This document shows, piece by piece, positions 21,201 to 29,970 of a DNA stretch of 64,000 nucleotides. The position numbers and the translations under genes were made by a program. The stretch's first letter is position 1; every line of letters begins with the position of its first letter. Under the pieces are notes generated by a model. The model did no database searches, had not been told where the DNA came from, and was given only the letters and a program-made list of their open reading frames with translations. Source of the stretch: a virus; IMG/VR virus record IMGVR_UViG_3300025133_005699, positions 41,811 to 105,810 of that record; one strand, 5' to 3'.

Positions 21201-21708
21201 AGGAAACCCTGCAAATTTAGAGCCCGTTAAGTCATTACCAAAAGGTGTACGTAACACCCTTGTTACTAGTGAATTCGCCTTTGAAGAGTATACTAGTACA
21301 ACGGAGGAACTGGTAGACAAAAGAAAACAGGGTGCGACATATGGACAACATTCAAGGGAGAAAGGTGTCGAAAATGATAATATCTTTGCCAGCAGAGACA
21401 AGATGTTTCCGAAACAAACTCATTGGGTTATTGGAACGTATAATATGGGACGAGAGGCCCTAGCGTTCCAACACAAAGAAGATGGCACAGCGATGAGGCA
21501 TAGCGGCGGCGCGAGGGTGACAAACCCGAAGGCTGGCTTGGGGGGTGGGTTTCCCAACGGGCAAGGTGGGAATCCTTGGAATTCCTATTATCTTGGTCCA
21601 CGCTGGGAGAATAGACAGCTACCTCAATCCGGGTATTTCTTTGGTGGAGGTTTCAAATTAAAATTTTATTTACAGGATATAGATGAATGGAAAAAAAAGC
21701 AGCTATAG
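18289..21708 (+). CDS. Putative tail fibre/receptor-binding protein (1139 aa) with Cys-rich N-terminus and internal repeats
   Basis: Starts MGRPACSSCCK. Contains a repeated YTI...PTK(V/I)...VVDVSEIEL module. Tail module context. Confidence 0.45.
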   Translation: MGRPACSSCCKVIEILPTRSGCRDQYYKVYYKLGGGGWKTSDEYDDHLQNNELKLGDKIGAAWRSTRNKSPATATVTITDVAELAIGDKVTLRATDAPATDIDFSVALAGPNTWAVALTNAATATSLAAAIDDHPDFSASAVGEVVTITQETKGLAGNTPVTLTDAGIAGMTSTDFVDGSDSKAHRFPFDWSGRRWDGSMGYNAVFPYTITNIVATGPNGEPTKIELTPLPWGGYPAVGSPFVIDVTETSTYELRKEDGIVVWNKKGFKGLTAIKYVLTKSDYGEYLLGKTEDWPAVSCWTFGQDFYNPNDTDAEIMDNFKSGDQDVGWHLPARWTATIGDANGQNIVVTKQISGNISRASFERKPSPDHIPPTVLMNVDCRDNLGVDQSGRIDCLPSEKDAFGQCPTVKPVLAWKDWLINNGYLKPGTYGGVVDSGKPSNFSVQVTDYFVEHTTKITHNGKIISDTVTETLYKTERRLFNFGVDTYAGTCTSFRMGMKISGQGGAVSSTLWGTNMDEYTSLSYCLTYPFFSHEHGTYYFRNGVDVDFTPPPDGTIEDTDGIEFYHADKKLFNKISVESTEFRVFNPYSNAGPEGVGRVVTGSELEDYTTIDPRFKPQNPYPYYGGIQAAEHGDSLNTWQTWYVTPPSAIYTDNKLSLSREEPQSIVAEDQSLDKIVELPVGWPRVDGKLGQSVETFEKYMLSNPRKHEEGGPYIDIIFVSFRTKRGADESGIDIEEGMEVYHPVGDDDKYTIKQILEQGPNLKPTKVRISSGRIMNDKVVDVSEIELLEDVLQYTMCERTYKLQLVYLKALSTKEGKDYYNPFKYRVTRIDLINPDIDIDRVGSEISGSPQMVDIEVGVKVLYPIGQFDANGDAIVPDEYTIDEIVEPAPDSENAGDEPTKVRLSNPLAGADGDVVDVSEIELINPNENPTYIKMTNNWTLDVWDSRADWLERAYGFDVFGESYYLSLTEGNPANLEPVKSLPKGVRNTLVTSEFAFEEYTSTTEELVDKRKQGATYGQHSREKGVENDNIFASRDKMFPKQTHWVIGTYNMGREALAFQHKEDGTAMRHSGGARVTNPKAGLGGGFPNGQGGNPWNSYYLGPRWENRQLPQSGYFFGGGFKLKFYLQDIDEWKKKQL

Positions 21709-23501
21709 GCATTAACGGACAAAGCTTTGCGGGACAATGCTATCGATGTTGGACATCATGTGGTAGCGAAATAGCTAAGTTTGCAAGTAAATTTCCTCAG
21801 GGTATTTCTGTTGACGCTCAAAATGGCGCCAGTAATCCTAACCTTTTATATACAATAATCGGCGATCTTAGCGAATCGCGGCTTTATGACCAGTCATCCT
21901 ATTGGGATGAGAATCCCGGGTATAGTCTTTTTCCTGTAAATCTTACGGATGGGGTTTTTACTGTTCGGAACAAAGAAGCAACTATAGATGGCTGTGAACC
22001 TGAGGAAGAGAGAATAATCCCCAACTTTTGGGACCCCAGCGAGCCGCCACGGATTGTTCCTGCGGTTGATTGTATAGGCCCTCCTAATTGTGGCTATTGG
22101 ACAAATCCAAATAATCCCCAAACCGGTGGTCCATCCCCCGATCTGAGTACCAAGAAGTGGGTGAAAGGCGACTGTACGACCACACAAGACACTGTATATG
22201 GTATACTTGAGGAGGTAAGACTATTTCCAGTCTGTGGAAAGCTAGAGGTGCAGGACAGCGGCAGTAATTACTATCAGTTTACACGCAGCAATTATGGTAT
22301 CGACGAACATCATGAGATACTCTTTCTGCTTGTAAAGTCGGTTTCTCCAGATGCGTCCATTTCTACCCGGTCTGAGCACCCTCATATGGTTGGAACCTCA
22401 AACTTAGATAATGTTTCTTATTATTATCGCAGGTCCGGCCCGGCTGCACTAACGGGCGGAATTAATAGAGGCAGGCGATTTGACAACAATGAAGAGTTTA
22501 GGAATGTTGGGATGCAAAGGACTCTCAGGGCTGTAGAGCTTGGCAAAATAACAATAAAAGCATGTTGTGAAGAGGGCGCCTGTAAAAATTCCGCAACAGA
22601 TCCGATTTATAACCCAAAATTTAGATGGTGGGATGATGGCCAACGGGGCACGACGTGTAACAACAATACAAAATACTTTCCGGAGGCCCACGCGACAAGC
22701 GGGATGCAAGGCGACCCAGATTACAATGCGATGGGAGAACCGGTATTGTCGCCGGGCGGGCGCGATGGTTACTTCAATCGGGAGCCGAAGAGCACGATGC
22801 GGGAGTGGCAGAGGTGGGATTTTCAAGGTTATGACACCTACGCCGAGGCCCATAACGCTCTTTTAGAGCTGTCATATATAAGCGGTATAGACAGATTTCC
22901 ACAGACCGATCAATCTTTCGCAACAAGCACCCAAAAGGAATTTGCGGTTTTTCAGTATGGGAAAGGGCCCGGGGCGGGGACGAATACCAGCGGGTGGGGG
23001 CCGCCAAAGTCACCCGGACCAGCAAACTGGGCAAAGTATAGCGGAGTGGGCGGAAAGTCCCAATTAGATAGAGATGTAATAGTTAAAAGGCATATCGGCG
23101 GCAGGGCCACTATTATAGAGTCATTGAGTGGGGTGGGCCATGATGTCAACTTATATAACTTCAAACTGTCTGTAGATAACGACTCTTTTGATCTTGATTC
23201 TTCGACAGAGTATTATCCATTAGCTGAAACAACTGGAGCCGGGCTCTCTGGAGGGACTGCACCGATGGAGTCGGCGGCTATAATAGGGGTAGAATTTTAC
23301 GAAGCGAATCTTTCTTACGATGGTGATGGCGCAGCTATAAATAAAGAGTGGAACCTTGATTTTGGAAGTCCGATATACCAAAAACAATTTCCCTTTGAAT
23401 ATCATATTCTGGAACGGCTCCCTCTTGGTTTTCAGCAATCAAAGAATGTGACAAAAACTATACCGATTCCACTACTGACTACAGTTTTAACTTATAAATA
23501 A
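21687..23501 (+). CDS. Putative tail-associated protein (604 aa), possibly fused to the upstream ORF by -1 frameshift
   Basis: Overlaps the upstream ORF in the -1 frame across an A8 run. Cys/Pro/Gly-rich. Confidence 0.5.
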   Translation: MEKKAAIGINGQSFAGQCYRCWTSCGSEIAKFASKFPQGISVDAQNGASNPNLLYTIIGDLSESRLYDQSSYWDENPGYSLFPVNLTDGVFTVRNKEATIDGCEPEEERIIPNFWDPSEPPRIVPAVDCIGPPNCGYWTNPNNPQTGGPSPDLSTKKWVKGDCTTTQDTVYGILEEVRLFPVCGKLEVQDSGSNYYQFTRSNYGIDEHHEILFLLVKSVSPDASISTRSEHPHMVGTSNLDNVSYYYRRSGPAALTGGINRGRRFDNNEEFRNVGMQRTLRAVELGKITIKACCEEGACKNSATDPIYNPKFRWWDDGQRGTTCNNNTKYFPEAHATSGMQGDPDYNAMGEPVLSPGGRDGYFNREPKSTMREWQRWDFQGYDTYAEAHNALLELSYISGIDRFPQTDQSFATSTQKEFAVFQYGKGPGAGTNTSGWGPPKSPGPANWAKYSGVGGKSQLDRDVIVKRHIGGRATIIESLSGVGHDVNLYNFKLSVDNDSFDLDSSTEYYPLAETTGAGLSGGTAPMESAAIIGVEFYEANLSYDGDGAAINKEWNLDFGSPIYQKQFPFEYHILERLPLGFQQSKNVTKTIPIPLLTTVLTYK

Positions 23502-23511
23502 GGAATTAAAT

Positions 23512-23913
23512 ATGCGTGAATGCAAAGGATGCTCGATAGAATTAATCTGTCATACTACCTGTATATGTGGAGTATGCGGGACCCTAAGCGAGCCTGAACC
23601 ACCAACAGGAACGGAACCACCGACAGAACCCGCAAAGAAGCAAAAAATGCCCTCTGTATTTAAGCAGGCGAAAAACTTTGCTACGTCGGCAGCAAGACAT
23701 ATAGCTGACGGTGGACAAAACGTACCGGAGAACCTAAAAAGGGCTCGATTAGAGATATGTAGTGGTTGCGATAAGCTCTCTGGAGATAGATGCTCTGAGT
23801 GTGGATGTATGGTATCAATGAAGGCTGCGTGGGCCTCAGAAGAGTGCCCGATAGGAAAATGGGAGAGATACAAACAAACTAGAGGAAAATGCGGAGGGTG
23901 TGGAGGAAAATAA
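23512..23913 (+). CDS. Small Cys-rich protein (DUF6171-like C-terminal domain)
   Basis: RLEICSGC...RCSECGC...KAAWASEECPIGKW motif. SD AAGGA upstream. Confidence 0.55.
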   Translation: MRECKGCSIELICHTTCICGVCGTLSEPEPPTGTEPPTEPAKKQKMPSVFKQAKNFATSAARHIADGGQNVPENLKRARLEICSGCDKLSGDRCSECGCMVSMKAAWASEECPIGKWERYKQTRGKCGGCGGK

Positions 23914-23994
23914 CTTAAAATTTAACTTAAAACTAGGCATTTTGTGTATTACATTATATAGGTGCCCTTAGATTGCAAAAAAGGAGATATTATA

Positions 23995-24933
23995 ATGGCA
24001 GAAATCACATTTGGTATAGGAACACAGCAAAATATTGTTGGTTCTGGTTTAGGATTTTACGGTGCCACGTTTGGCTCATCGGTCCAAATCGGATCGTTCC
24101 AAGATTCAACATACGTAACTAACGCAGCTGGAACCGCACAAGGCCCAGCAGCCACGAACATAAAATTTAGTACACCGGGCTCTGGTACGCCCAGTACAGT
24201 GGGGTCAGGTATCCCCCTGACTAAAATGAATTCTGGAAACAGAACTTTCCACGTTAACTTTGACCATACTTCTGATGTCAATGTGCAAAACTGTCAGCTA
24301 AGAATATACGATAGAACAGACACTAACTTCCCAGCATCTGGTGTTGTAACCAAAGTAGCAGAAATTGTTAACTTTGATGGCAAAACAACGGCAGCTTGGA
24401 CGTCAAGCAACGGCTCTGATAATGTTGCTTATAATAGTAATTGCTATGGTTCTGGAGACATGTTTTGGTGGGGAGCTCCTTGGCCAGACGCAGGTACATG
24501 GCGAGCAGCACAAAATTACTACGATAACTCTTCTGGCGTTAGATTCCGGAACTTTACCCAGACTGAAGCAACGGCTGGTAATGGTAATGGCGACTCTAGA
24601 CTTGGTGTGGTAACTGGTGACACTGAAACTGTCGGAGGTACTGGAGTAGTGGTTCCACTCTTCAATTCTCCCGGTAGTGGTGGGCACTTTGTTAACTCTG
24701 TTAATACAGATGTTGCCGCCGTACAGCCTAAATGGTTGCAATACTACGACAGCACGAACAGAGATACCGCAGCTGGCGGAACACCGAATCTCGGAACAAA
24801 AACCACGACCAATACTTTTGGCGGAACTGGATTAGCAAAAAGACATACTTGGTATGCTGCTCTTTCTGCATCTCCTCTTAGTATCGGTTCTAAGACGCAA
24901 TATGGACTGTATGTATCTCTAGAGTACCTATAA
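23995..24933 (+). CDS. Putative virion structural protein (312 aa, Gly/Ser/Thr-rich)
   Basis: ATG at 23995 with SD AAGGAG is preferred over the GTG at 23962. Ends YGLYVSLEYL. Last gene before the terminator. Confidence 0.55.
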   Translation: MAEITFGIGTQQNIVGSGLGFYGATFGSSVQIGSFQDSTYVTNAAGTAQGPAATNIKFSTPGSGTPSTVGSGIPLTKMNSGNRTFHVNFDHTSDVNVQNCQLRIYDRTDTNFPASGVVTKVAEIVNFDGKTTAAWTSSNGSDNVAYNSNCYGSGDMFWWGAPWPDAGTWRAAQNYYDNSSGVRFRNFTQTEATAGNGNGDSRLGVVTGDTETVGGTGVVVPLFNSPGSGGHFVNSVNTDVAAVQPKWLQYYDSTNRDTAAGGTPNLGTKTTTNTFGGTGLAKRHTWYAALSASPLSIGSKTQYGLYVSLEYL

Positions 24934-24957
24934 AGCTTGAGCCTTTTGGTCCATTAT

Positions 24958-24990
24958 AAAGCCCTTCACTCGCGTGTGGGGCTTTTTTTT
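24958..24990 (+). terminator. Rho-independent terminator of the structural arm
   Basis: Hairpin AAAGCCCTTCAC-TCGC-GTGTGGGGCTTT running into a T8 tract. Confidence 0.85.
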
Positions 24991-24996
24991 ATGCAC

Positions 24997-25032
24997 AAAA
25001 AAACCCCGCCCAAGAATTAACTTGAGCGAGGT
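24997..25032 (-). terminator. Rho-independent terminator of the replication/glycosylation arm
   Basis: Minus strand ACCTCGCTCAAG-TTAATT-CTTGGGCGGGGT (12-bp stem with two G-U pairs) followed by a T tract. Confidence 0.85.
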
Positions 25033-25053
25033 AGCCCTAACCGGAGCTTCCCT

Positions 25054-25383
25054 TTATTCAAGGGATTTGGTCTTAGGATTCCACTTCTGCCAACCGCCAT
25101 TATCGATCCAGTTGCCATCAGCATCTTTTCTTCGGGGGAATAAACCACCGCCCTGCTTGTTTGCACCAAACTGAAGTTTAGCATTACAGTCCATACATCG
25201 CAGCTCGTAGTACTCGTTACCTTCATTTTCTCTTACGACAAAACGTAGGTTTTCAGAACCACACTTCCCACAGGCAGATTCGCCGAATACTTCCTGAAAG
25301 ACAGCAATCTGTTTCCAGACGTCTCGTACTGTCTCACCATCAAATTCTACGCTCAGCTTGCTTAAATTATAGTTTACCTTCAT
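25054..25383 (-). CDS. Zn-ribbon hypothetical protein
   Basis: CGKC...CMDC pairs. Likely start is ATG 25383 (MKVNY). Confidence 0.6.
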   Translation of the reverse strand: MKVNYNLSKLSVEFDGETVRDVWKQIAVFQEVFGESACGKCGSENLRFVVRENEGNEYYELRCMDCNAKLQFGANKQGGGLFPRRKDADGNWIDNGGWQKWNPKTKSLE

Positions 25384-25385
25384 CT

Positions 25386-26159
25386 TTATGATCTCCAATT
25401 CTTGTTATAGCCCAGTATGTTTTCAGGTATAACTTGCTGTTTAGTTTGATACTTGTTAAGGACTCCGAGCATTGCGGCAGCTTTGGTTTTCTCCACTATC
25501 TCAATTGACTCATAATCGCCCTCTCCAGAATTTACAAACTTCATGACATTGATATCTAGTTGTCTACACTTGTTATCAATAAAATTAATTTGTGAAGAGC
25601 TTACAATAGCGCCTTCATCCCATTCCCCATCGGTGGGGTTATCCTTTTGTACACTTTGTTGAACAATAGATACAATATCTTTTCTTGCCAATTCCTCAGC
25701 AGCTAAACATCGCACCTTTAATGCTTTTCTAAGTGCCCTTCCTTCTGCTCGCGTACTCGCTGTGGCAACAGGGTGTGCACAGAATAAATCATCTGTGTTC
25801 CCATGCCATACGTCTGCAACTTCCTTAAAAACCCTTAGCTCTCCAGAGTTCATCCAGTTGAAAACAACCTTATAAACTACCGTAGCTCTTCCGGGCCCAT
25901 TTCCGTCCATAGCTGGAAAAACCTGATCGGGGCCAGACTCAATTACGTCACCAAGCAATAGCTCAGATACACGTCTTAGTCCAGCACAAATAGGGTTTTT
26001 GTCTATCAGCTCATTCCTTTGAAAATGTGACATCACATAATCGCTCCAACCTTCACTACCGTAAGCTACTGCGTCTGAATCCGTTTCCTCTTCTGGAATC
26101 AAAACATCTTCGGTAATACTATCAACATCAAATAATTCTGTTTCAACTTGCTCTGGCAT
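25386..26159 (-). CDS. Putative single-strand annealing protein (Rad52/Sak-like)
   Basis: ATASTRAEGRALRKAL helix resembles the Rad52-superfamily signature. Small helical C-terminal domain. Likely start MPEQVE. Confidence 0.4.
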   Translation of the reverse strand: MPEQVETELFDVDSITEDVLIPEEETDSDAVAYGSEGWSDYVMSHFQRNELIDKNPICAGLRRVSELLLGDVIESGPDQVFPAMDGNGPGRATVVYKVVFNWMNSGELRVFKEVADVWHGNTDDLFCAHPVATASTRAEGRALRKALKVRCLAAEELARKDIVSIVQQSVQKDNPTDGEWDEGAIVSSSQINFIDNKCRQLDINVMKFVNSGEGDYESIEIVEKTKAAAMLGVLNKYQTKQQVIPENILGYNKNWRS

Positions 26160-26160
26160 A

Positions 26161-26931
26161 TCAACAAATCTCCAATTCAATAAGTCTTTTGTTCTTAGAT
26201 GGGAATTTTTTCTCTACTTGCTGAAGAACAGGTTCAACAAGTTCCCACAACCTTCTACCAACCGAACGGGTGAACGTAGGGCATAGGTACTTTACTCTAA
26301 TTACACAATAGCCTCTTTTGACAAGAACGCCATTCTTAATTATATCGTGTTTTACATAACCCCGTAACATCTTTTCTCCAAAAACTGGCTCAAAGTGTTG
26401 GGGCCCATCTACCTCTATTATAGTCGAAAGCTCGGGCAAAAACAAGTCCATTTCATATTTTGTACCTTCTATTAGGTCTTTTTTATGAAGGATAACTTCC
26501 CTGCCTGATGCGTGAATTTTTTCATAAAGGAGTCTTTCGGGCTTTGAACCTTCCTTGATTGTTAGCAATAAAGCTTTAGCCGCCTTACTGCGTAACTCCT
26601 CCTTGTCGTGGTCAGACATGTTTTCCCATTGCTCTTTAGCAAGGGCAGATCTGCGTTTACGTTCTTTTTTTGGCAAGTCCGCCCACGCCTTTTCCAGACT
26701 GATACTAATTTTATCTTTAACCTTTTCGGTTCTAGTCTTTCCCTTTGTTGGGTGGGAATGTCTACCAGACTTTAAAGCCTCTTTTTGAGCCTCGCTTTTG
26801 CTGCGTAACTCAACACCATTAGATATTAACACTCTGCGTATTTTATTGGGATACGTGTCAAAGTTATCTGCAATGGCTTTCGTGCTTAGGTTATTTTTTG
26901 TATACATTTCTATTACTGTTTTTACGTCCAT
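26161..26931 (-). CDS. Putative free-standing homing endonuclease (HTH + NUMOD3-like + Vsr/DUF559 nuclease)
   Basis: N-terminal HTH (LSTKAIADNFDTYPNKIRRVL), NUMOD3-like HPTKGKTRTEKVKDKIS, and C-terminal EMDLFLP..IIEVDGPQH. Confidence 0.6.
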   Translation of the reverse strand: MDVKTVIEMYTKNNLSTKAIADNFDTYPNKIRRVLISNGVELRSKSEAQKEALKSGRHSHPTKGKTRTEKVKDKISISLEKAWADLPKKERKRRSALAKEQWENMSDHDKEELRSKAAKALLLTIKEGSKPERLLYEKIHASGREVILHKKDLIEGTKYEMDLFLPELSTIIEVDGPQHFEPVFGEKMLRGYVKHDIIKNGVLVKRGYCVIRVKYLCPTFTRSVGRRLWELVEPVLQQVEKKFPSKNKRLIELEIC

Positions 26932-27383
26932 AGTATTTTCTCCATTTTCTCCATATCCCAGTCATCAACGATGCCTGCGACTTTTTTGTTAGAGTAGTTT
27001 TCAAACAGCTCCTTGTGGGAGTAGCTTCTAGTTATTATATTAAGTTCCGGGTTTCTTACAACAGATGAAACATAGTTAAAGTCCATCGGCTTCCTTAACC
27101 ATTCTAAGTCCCATAGGTATAGGAATTTCTTGGCATTATTCTTTGTCTTTATCATCATGTTCGCACAATCAACACTTGTCGCAATCGCGACCCCATCAAA
27201 TTTAGCATAATAAGAAATATTCATACATGCGAAAAATGGTGTTATTGGAGCCGCACTTAATGTGCTATAAAAACACATAGGTGAACAGTCCGTATCCTCC
27301 TTCATTTTATTAAAAGCCTTTATAAGGTAATAAGACTCTTGTGAGGTTGACAGTGTTTCAATTATCGCCGCTATCTTTTTCAT
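26922..27383 (-). CDS. Hypothetical protein, glycosyltransferase-like Rossmann half-domain
   Basis: DGVAIATS...KKFLYLWDLEW resembles a GT-B N-terminal domain. Lies at the end of the glycan island. Confidence 0.4.
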   Translation of the reverse strand: MKKIAAIIETLSTSQESYYLIKAFNKMKEDTDCSPMCFYSTLSAAPITPFFACMNISYYAKFDGVAIATSVDCANMMIKTKNNAKKFLYLWDLEWLRKPMDFNYVSSVVRNPELNIITRSYSHKELFENYSNKKVAGIVDDWDMEKMEKILWT

Positions 27384-28141
27384 GCTAGTATTTTGTTCTT
27401 CCAGTAAGAGAATGACAATTTATTAAGTTTATATTCTTTGGTTTGCATGTCCTTGTATTCTTTTTTAAGTCTATCCTCTGTGACTTCATTCCAGTCCTCG
27501 ATAAACAACACAGGCAAACCTTCTAGGCACTCATGAGTTATGTATTTTTTAACGATAGGAATACACCCAAGATACAGGGCCTCCCATATTCTATGTGTAT
27601 CTATTCCGTTTCCTCTTGGGCACAGGCAAAAAGCATACTCTCTCAAGTGATTGACATATCTTTCAAAATTTTGTCCGTTTATAGATAGCCCATAGTCTGC
27701 AAAAACTGTTCCTAAGTGCAATTTGTGCAATAAATCGTGCCTCTCTTCATGTGTCGATGGGTTAAACTGGGTAAAAGCCCGCACCTTTCTATTGCCTAAA
27801 AGTGGGGCGTTTTTCATTATATTTCTTTTTTGAGGGTGCCAGTGGTTATTCTCTAATCCAATGGGCAGAGGGCGGACTCTAGGGTGCTTAAAACCGAGGT
27901 TTTGAGCATACCAAACAACTAAATTATCGGGCACTTTACACTCTTTTATCTCTACATCACTATTATGTGTTAACAGCTTAAACTGACTGTCTGGATGCCT
28001 GACAATAAAATCCAATACCTCTTCATGATTATCAGAGGCTGTGTACATTAAAGACACGCTTTTTTTTGGAATTTTTTCACCAAATTTAAAATCACATGTA
28101 TTTTTAAACTTTTCTCCGTCTACCTCATCTATAGGGTACAT
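27380..28141 (-). CDS. Exostosin-family (GT47-like) glycosyltransferase
   Basis: FCLCPRGNGIDTHRIWEALYLGCIPIV signature. Confidence 0.8.
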   Translation of the reverse strand: MYPIDEVDGEKFKNTCDFKFGEKIPKKSVSLMYTASDNHEEVLDFIVRHPDSQFKLLTHNSDVEIKECKVPDNLVVWYAQNLGFKHPRVRPLPIGLENNHWHPQKRNIMKNAPLLGNRKVRAFTQFNPSTHEERHDLLHKLHLGTVFADYGLSINGQNFERYVNHLREYAFCLCPRGNGIDTHRIWEALYLGCIPIVKKYITHECLEGLPVLFIEDWNEVTEDRLKKEYKDMQTKEYKLNKLSFSYWKNKILA

Positions 28142-28812
28142 CCGTACACTCCTGCTGTGCTTAACTGGCTACATAGATATGGATTGGTGTGCCAAACCTT
28201 TAGTTTGTTTTCTTTAAAATGATAGTTAAGTTCCCAATCAATAGAAGTACATATCGTGGTGAATGTACCGAGAACCTTCTCCGCCGCACTTCTTGTTAGG
28301 GCATAGGAAGATGTACAGTTAGTGGCGGGATGGTCAACGAGTAATAGGTTTCTATAAGATCCGCAAACCCTATCGGCAACAAGGTTGTGGTCAAAACCCC
28401 CACCAAAGAAGAGAGCATCATGAGGAACCCCTTCTGCCGTATGTAGAGAATCAATAATATCTTTTTTGGTTCCGTGAAAAACAACATCATCTTCCAAAAA
28501 GACTGCGTTGTCATAACCAGAAGATACCAAGTCTTCCATACATTTTATATGTTTTATACATAAAGATATATGTCCCATTGTCGGTCCTTTATATCCGTCG
28601 TAATCGACCTCCTCATACATACCTAAAGTTCTCTCTTTAAAGAGATCTAAATTAATATTGCAGTATGTGTCGATGACGGCTTCTGATAATTCATTTTTAT
28701 CATAGTCAGTATACCATGTGGCGTCAATTTCCATCTCCTCTAGAATAGGCTCTAGCCTAGCTCGCCGCTCAACGTTCTTTTTGTAGTGCATAACATAAAA
28801 TTTTGTCTTCAT
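28129..28812 (-). CDS. Glycosyltransferase family 25-like
   Basis: N-terminal ERR, SLCIKH..., AVFLEDD, TSSYALT...AEK, IDW motifs. Confidence 0.75.
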   Translation of the reverse strand: MKTKFYVMHYKKNVERRARLEPILEEMEIDATWYTDYDKNELSEAVIDTYCNINLDLFKERTLGMYEEVDYDGYKGPTMGHISLCIKHIKCMEDLVSSGYDNAVFLEDDVVFHGTKKDIIDSLHTAEGVPHDALFFGGGFDHNLVADRVCGSYRNLLLVDHPATNCTSSYALTRSAAEKVLGTFTTICTSIDWELNYHFKENKLKVWHTNPYLCSQLSTAGVYGCTL

Positions 28813-29970
28813 TTATACCATCCTGTTGATTATAGAACAAATTCTCTTAATGTCTTTATGTCTAAGGTCTTGGTGATTGGGAATATACATTCCGTATTTT
28901 TCCACAATGTTCGCATTGACCATCGGCTCTTCCCCATAGAGGTTGACCCATGCTGGCTGAAGACCCATGCTACCAGCTACAAGAGGGCGACACTCAATTT
29001 TTTTATTGTTTAACTCCCTGTAAACTTCTTGCTTGTTTTCCAAGATAAGAGGAAAACCCATGTTAGATATAACCTCTTGAGTTGTCTTCGGCTTTGGAAA
29101 CCAGATTTTTTGATTTAAGTTATTACAATAAGCGTAATAGTTTTCCTCGCGTGTTTTTGATATGTGATTTATTTTAGGTATCTGATTAAGACCTATGAAG
29201 GCCTGTAGATCGGTTGCCCTCAGGTTGAATCCTGCATAGTAGAATTTATACAGCGAATCAAAATCGTCCACCCCATATTTCTGTCTGTATTTTTCTTTAG
29301 AATCTTGACTTAAGTCTCTATCCCAGCCGTGACTTCTAATCATCTTTACAACGTCCGCAAAATCGCTATTATCGGTACAAACCATTCCCCCTTCAATAGT
29401 TGAAATGTGGTGGCCAAAGTAAAACGAAAACGAGCTAGCAAAGCCAAACGTGCCAAGCATCTTGCCGGACGTTCTAGATCCTAAGCTCTCGCAGGTATCC
29501 TCAATTACCAGTATATCGTTCTGGTCGCATATTTTGATAATCTCTTCTATAGAGGAGTCAAGACCCAATACATGTACGAGCATAACCGCTGCGGGCTGTT
29601 CTTTAATTATAATCTCTTTTAGATGATTAACATCTAGCCCCAAGTTTTTCATATTGCAGTCACAGAGGATCGGCTCTAAACCAAACTGTATAGCAGGAAA
29701 GATAGTTGTTGACCAAGAAACCTGTGGGACTACTATCTTGGAGTTTCTAAGAAGTCCCATCTGCTTGAGGGCGGACACTATTAAAAGATTTGCCGAAGAG
29801 CCAGAATTACAATATACGGAGTGTTCACATCCTAGATATTCGGAGAACTTTTCCTCGAACTCTAGCGTCTTAGCTCCTTTTGTTAATTGAGGCATTTTTC
29901 TTAGCCAGCCGATAAGAGAGTTTATATCCCTTTCGTCTATAATGTCTGAACATAGTTTAATTGGTTTCAT
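28813..29970 (-). CDS. DegT/DnrJ-family PLP enzyme, ColD-like GDP-4-keto-6-deoxymannose 3-dehydratase
   Basis: NSGSSANLL and IEDTCES motifs. SFYFGHHISTIEGG has His where aminotransferases have the Schiff-base Lys. RSHGW present, and no RfbH-type Fe-S Cys cluster. Confidence 0.75.
   Translation of the reverse strand: MKPIKLCSDIIDERDINSLIGWLRKMPQLTKGAKTLEFEEKFSEYLGCEHSVYCNSGSSANLLIVSALKQMGLLRNSKIVVPQVSWSTTIFPAIQFGLEPILCDCNMKNLGLDVNHLKEIIIKEQPAAVMLVHVLGLDSSIEEIIKICDQNDILVIEDTCESLGSRTSGKMLGTFGFASSFSFYFGHHISTIEGGMVCTDNSDFADVVKMIRSHGWDRDLSQDSKEKYRQKYGVDDFDSLYKFYYAGFNLRATDLQAFIGLNQIPKINHISKTREENYYAYCNNLNQKIWFPKPKTTQEVISNMGFPLILENKQEVYRELNNKKIECRPLVAGSMGLQPAWVNLYGEEPMVNANIVEKYGMYIPNHQDLRHKDIKRICSIINRMV

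Noticed and set aside
23914-23994. AT-rich gap with GTGTATTA as a phage late promoter (loosely similar to GTGTTAAATA at ~63195-63204 on the minus strand)
   Set aside because: Only two loosely similar instances, too few to define a motif.
200-24741. Many 60-214 aa antisense or alternate-frame ORFs inside the structural genes (e.g. 7226..7870-, 19852..20301-)
   Set aside because: Fully nested in long coherent ORFs with no recognisable motifs; treated as shadow ORFs.
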